Assembly (NCBI GenBank): GCA_044229145.1 | Contig: JBGATO010000005.1 | Coordinates: 1 to 64,000 of the forward strand | DNA from: Candidatus Eiseniibacteriota bacterium | GTDB taxonomy: Bacteria > Eisenbacteria > RBG-16-71-46 > CAZEPH01 | Direction of reading: 5' to 3' | DNA length: 64,000 nt | Part shown: positions 62,783 to 64,000 of the stretch, in pieces | How the letters are laid out: every line of letters starts with the position of its first letter | Numbering within the stretch: the first letter of the stretch is position 1 | The notes under the pieces: generated by a model | Seen by the model: the letters and a program-made list of their open reading frames with translations, nothing else | Databases searched by the model: none | Told to the model about the DNA's origin: nothing | Position numbers and translations under genes: made by a program

Positions 62783-64000
62783 ATGTCGACGCCCGTCTCC
62801 CCCACCCCGGTCACCCTGCGCGCCGTGCTGCGCGCCTGGTGGCCCCTGGCCGCCAGCTGGCTGCTCATGGGGCTCGAGTTGCCGGCGGTCAGCGCGGTGA
62901 TGGCGCGGCTGCCGGACTCCACCGTGAGCCTCGCGGCCTACGGCGGCGTGGTGTTCCCGCTTGCCCTCATGATCGAAGGGCCGATCATCATGCTGCTGGC
63001 GGCCTCGACGGCGCTCTCGAAGGATTGGCCGTCCTACTGCCGGGTGCGGCGATTCATGTGGGCGGCGTCGGGGGCGCTCACGGTGGTGCACATCGCGGTG
63101 GCGTTCACGCCGCTCTACGACGTGGTGGTCCGCGGAGCCTTGCATGCGCCGCCGGAAATCGTCGAGCCGGCGCGGCTCGGCCTGCGCATCATGACGCCGT
63201 GGACGATGTCGATCGCCTACCGCCGCGTGCAACAGGGCGTGATGATCCGGCTCGACCGCTCGTGGGCGGTGAGCGTCGGTACGCTGGCGCGGTTGGCGGC
63301 GAATCTCGCGGTGCTCGGCTTCGGGCTGTGGTGGCAGCGCGCGCCGGGCATCGTGGTGGGGACGGCCGCGGTGGCGGCCGGCGTCATGTGCGAAGCCGCG
63401 GTATCGGCGCTGCTCGTACGTCCGGTGCTGCGCGACATCGTGAAGCCGGCCCCGCACGTCGCCCCGCTCACGCTACGCGCTTTCGTGCGGTTCTACGCGC
63501 CGCTCGCCGCGACGCCGCTCATCGGGTTCTTCGCCATGCCGATGGCGAGCGCCGCCATGGGACGCATGCCGCACACCCTGGAGTCGCTGGCCGCGTGGCC
63601 GGTGGTGAATGGGCTCACCTTCACGGTGCGCAGCGCCGGCTTCGCCTTCAACGAGGTCGTGGTGGCGCTCTTGGAGCGGCCCCACGCGACGCGGGTGCTC
63701 CGGCGCTTCACCTACGCCCTCGCGGCCGGAACGGCCTGCCTGCTCGCGCTCATCGCCCTCACCCCGCTCAGTCAGGTGTGGTTCGTCTCGGTGAGTGCAT
63801 TGCCCGCGAATCTCGTGGCGTTGGCGCGCACGGCCTTGCTGCTCTCCGTGATCGCGCCCGCGTTTAGTGTTTTGCAGAGTTGGTATCAGGGCGCCATCGT
63901 GCACAGTCGCGCCACCCGCGGAGTCACCGAGTCGATGGTGGTGTATCTCGGCAGCATCGCGCTGATGCTCGGCGCCGGCATCGCATGGGGTCGCACCGCC
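62783..64000 (+). CDS. MATE/MOP-superfamily membrane protein, runs off the window end
   Basis: Manual translation (absent from the ORF track because there is no stop): MSTPVSPTPVTLRAVLRAWWPLAASWLLMGLELPAVSAVMARLP...LAAYGGVVFPLALMIEGPIIMLLAASTAL. The second half repeats the pattern (FYAPLAA...LAAWPVV). Confidence 0.8.
   Translation, partial: MSTPVSPTPVTLRAVLRAWWPLAASWLLMGLELPAVSAVMARLPDSTVSLAAYGGVVFPLALMIEGPIIMLLAASTALSKDWPSYCRVRRFMWAASGALTVVHIAVAFTPLYDVVVRGALHAPPEIVEPARLGLRIMTPWTMSIAYRRVQQGVMIRLDRSWAVSVGTLARLAANLAVLGFGLWWQRAPGIVVGTAAVAAGVMCEAAVSALLVRPVLRDIVKPAPHVAPLTLRAFVRFYAPLAATPLIGFFAMPMASAAMGRMPHTLESLAAWPVVNGLTFTVRSAGFAFNEVVVALLERPHATRVLRRFTYALAAGTACLLALIALTPLSQVWFVSVSALPANLVALARTALLLSVIAPAFSVLQSWYQGAIVHSRATRGVTESMVVYLGSIALMLGAGIAWGRTA

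Noticed and set aside
62839..63867. 342-aa plus-strand ORF from the track
   Set aside because: Wrong frame. The real gene is the hydrophobic MATE-like frame starting at 62783, which is open to the window end.

Overview
High-GC (roughly 70%, estimated by eye) bacterial chromosome window with no integrase, transposase, phage or CRISPR signal. Several secreted proteins end in FlgD-Ig/T9SS-like C-terminal domains and one ends in a SWGxIK tail. This suggests an FCB-group lineage such as Candidatus Eisenbacteria or Krumholzibacteria, which is inference only. Main content: a six-gene alternative complex III operon (actABCDEF), three tRNAs (Leu-UAA, Cys-GCA, Gln-CUG), a PA0069-type radical SAM gene, a porin, a three-subunit transhydrogenase (pntAa/Ab/B), a frameshifted radical SAM gene and a frameshifted Cu P1B-ATPase, a DEAD-box helicase, a xanthine-dehydrogenase-family enzyme with xdhC/mocA and a Moco operon, an nhaR-hpf-terC trio, a TonB receptor, a PD40-amidohydrolase, a block of secreted orphans around tRNA-Cys, glnS, two tandem M3 peptidases and a MATE-like transporter. 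Most notable observations: (1) at least eight genes share a -10 hexamer-N7/8-start layout with no SD, pointing to pervasive leaderless mRNAs; (2) four tandem TTAGG-N4-CCTAA DtxR/MntR-type boxes cover the promoter of a porin with an acidic loop; (3) two candidate C-terminal protein-sorting signals coexist; (4) the ACIII retains an FS0 cysteine motif and appears to have swapped membrane anchors; (5) a gephyrin-like MogA-MoeA fusion has a His-rich linker; (6) a LexA-like palindrome sits on the radical SAM promoter. All calls come from manual motif reading; no database search was run.
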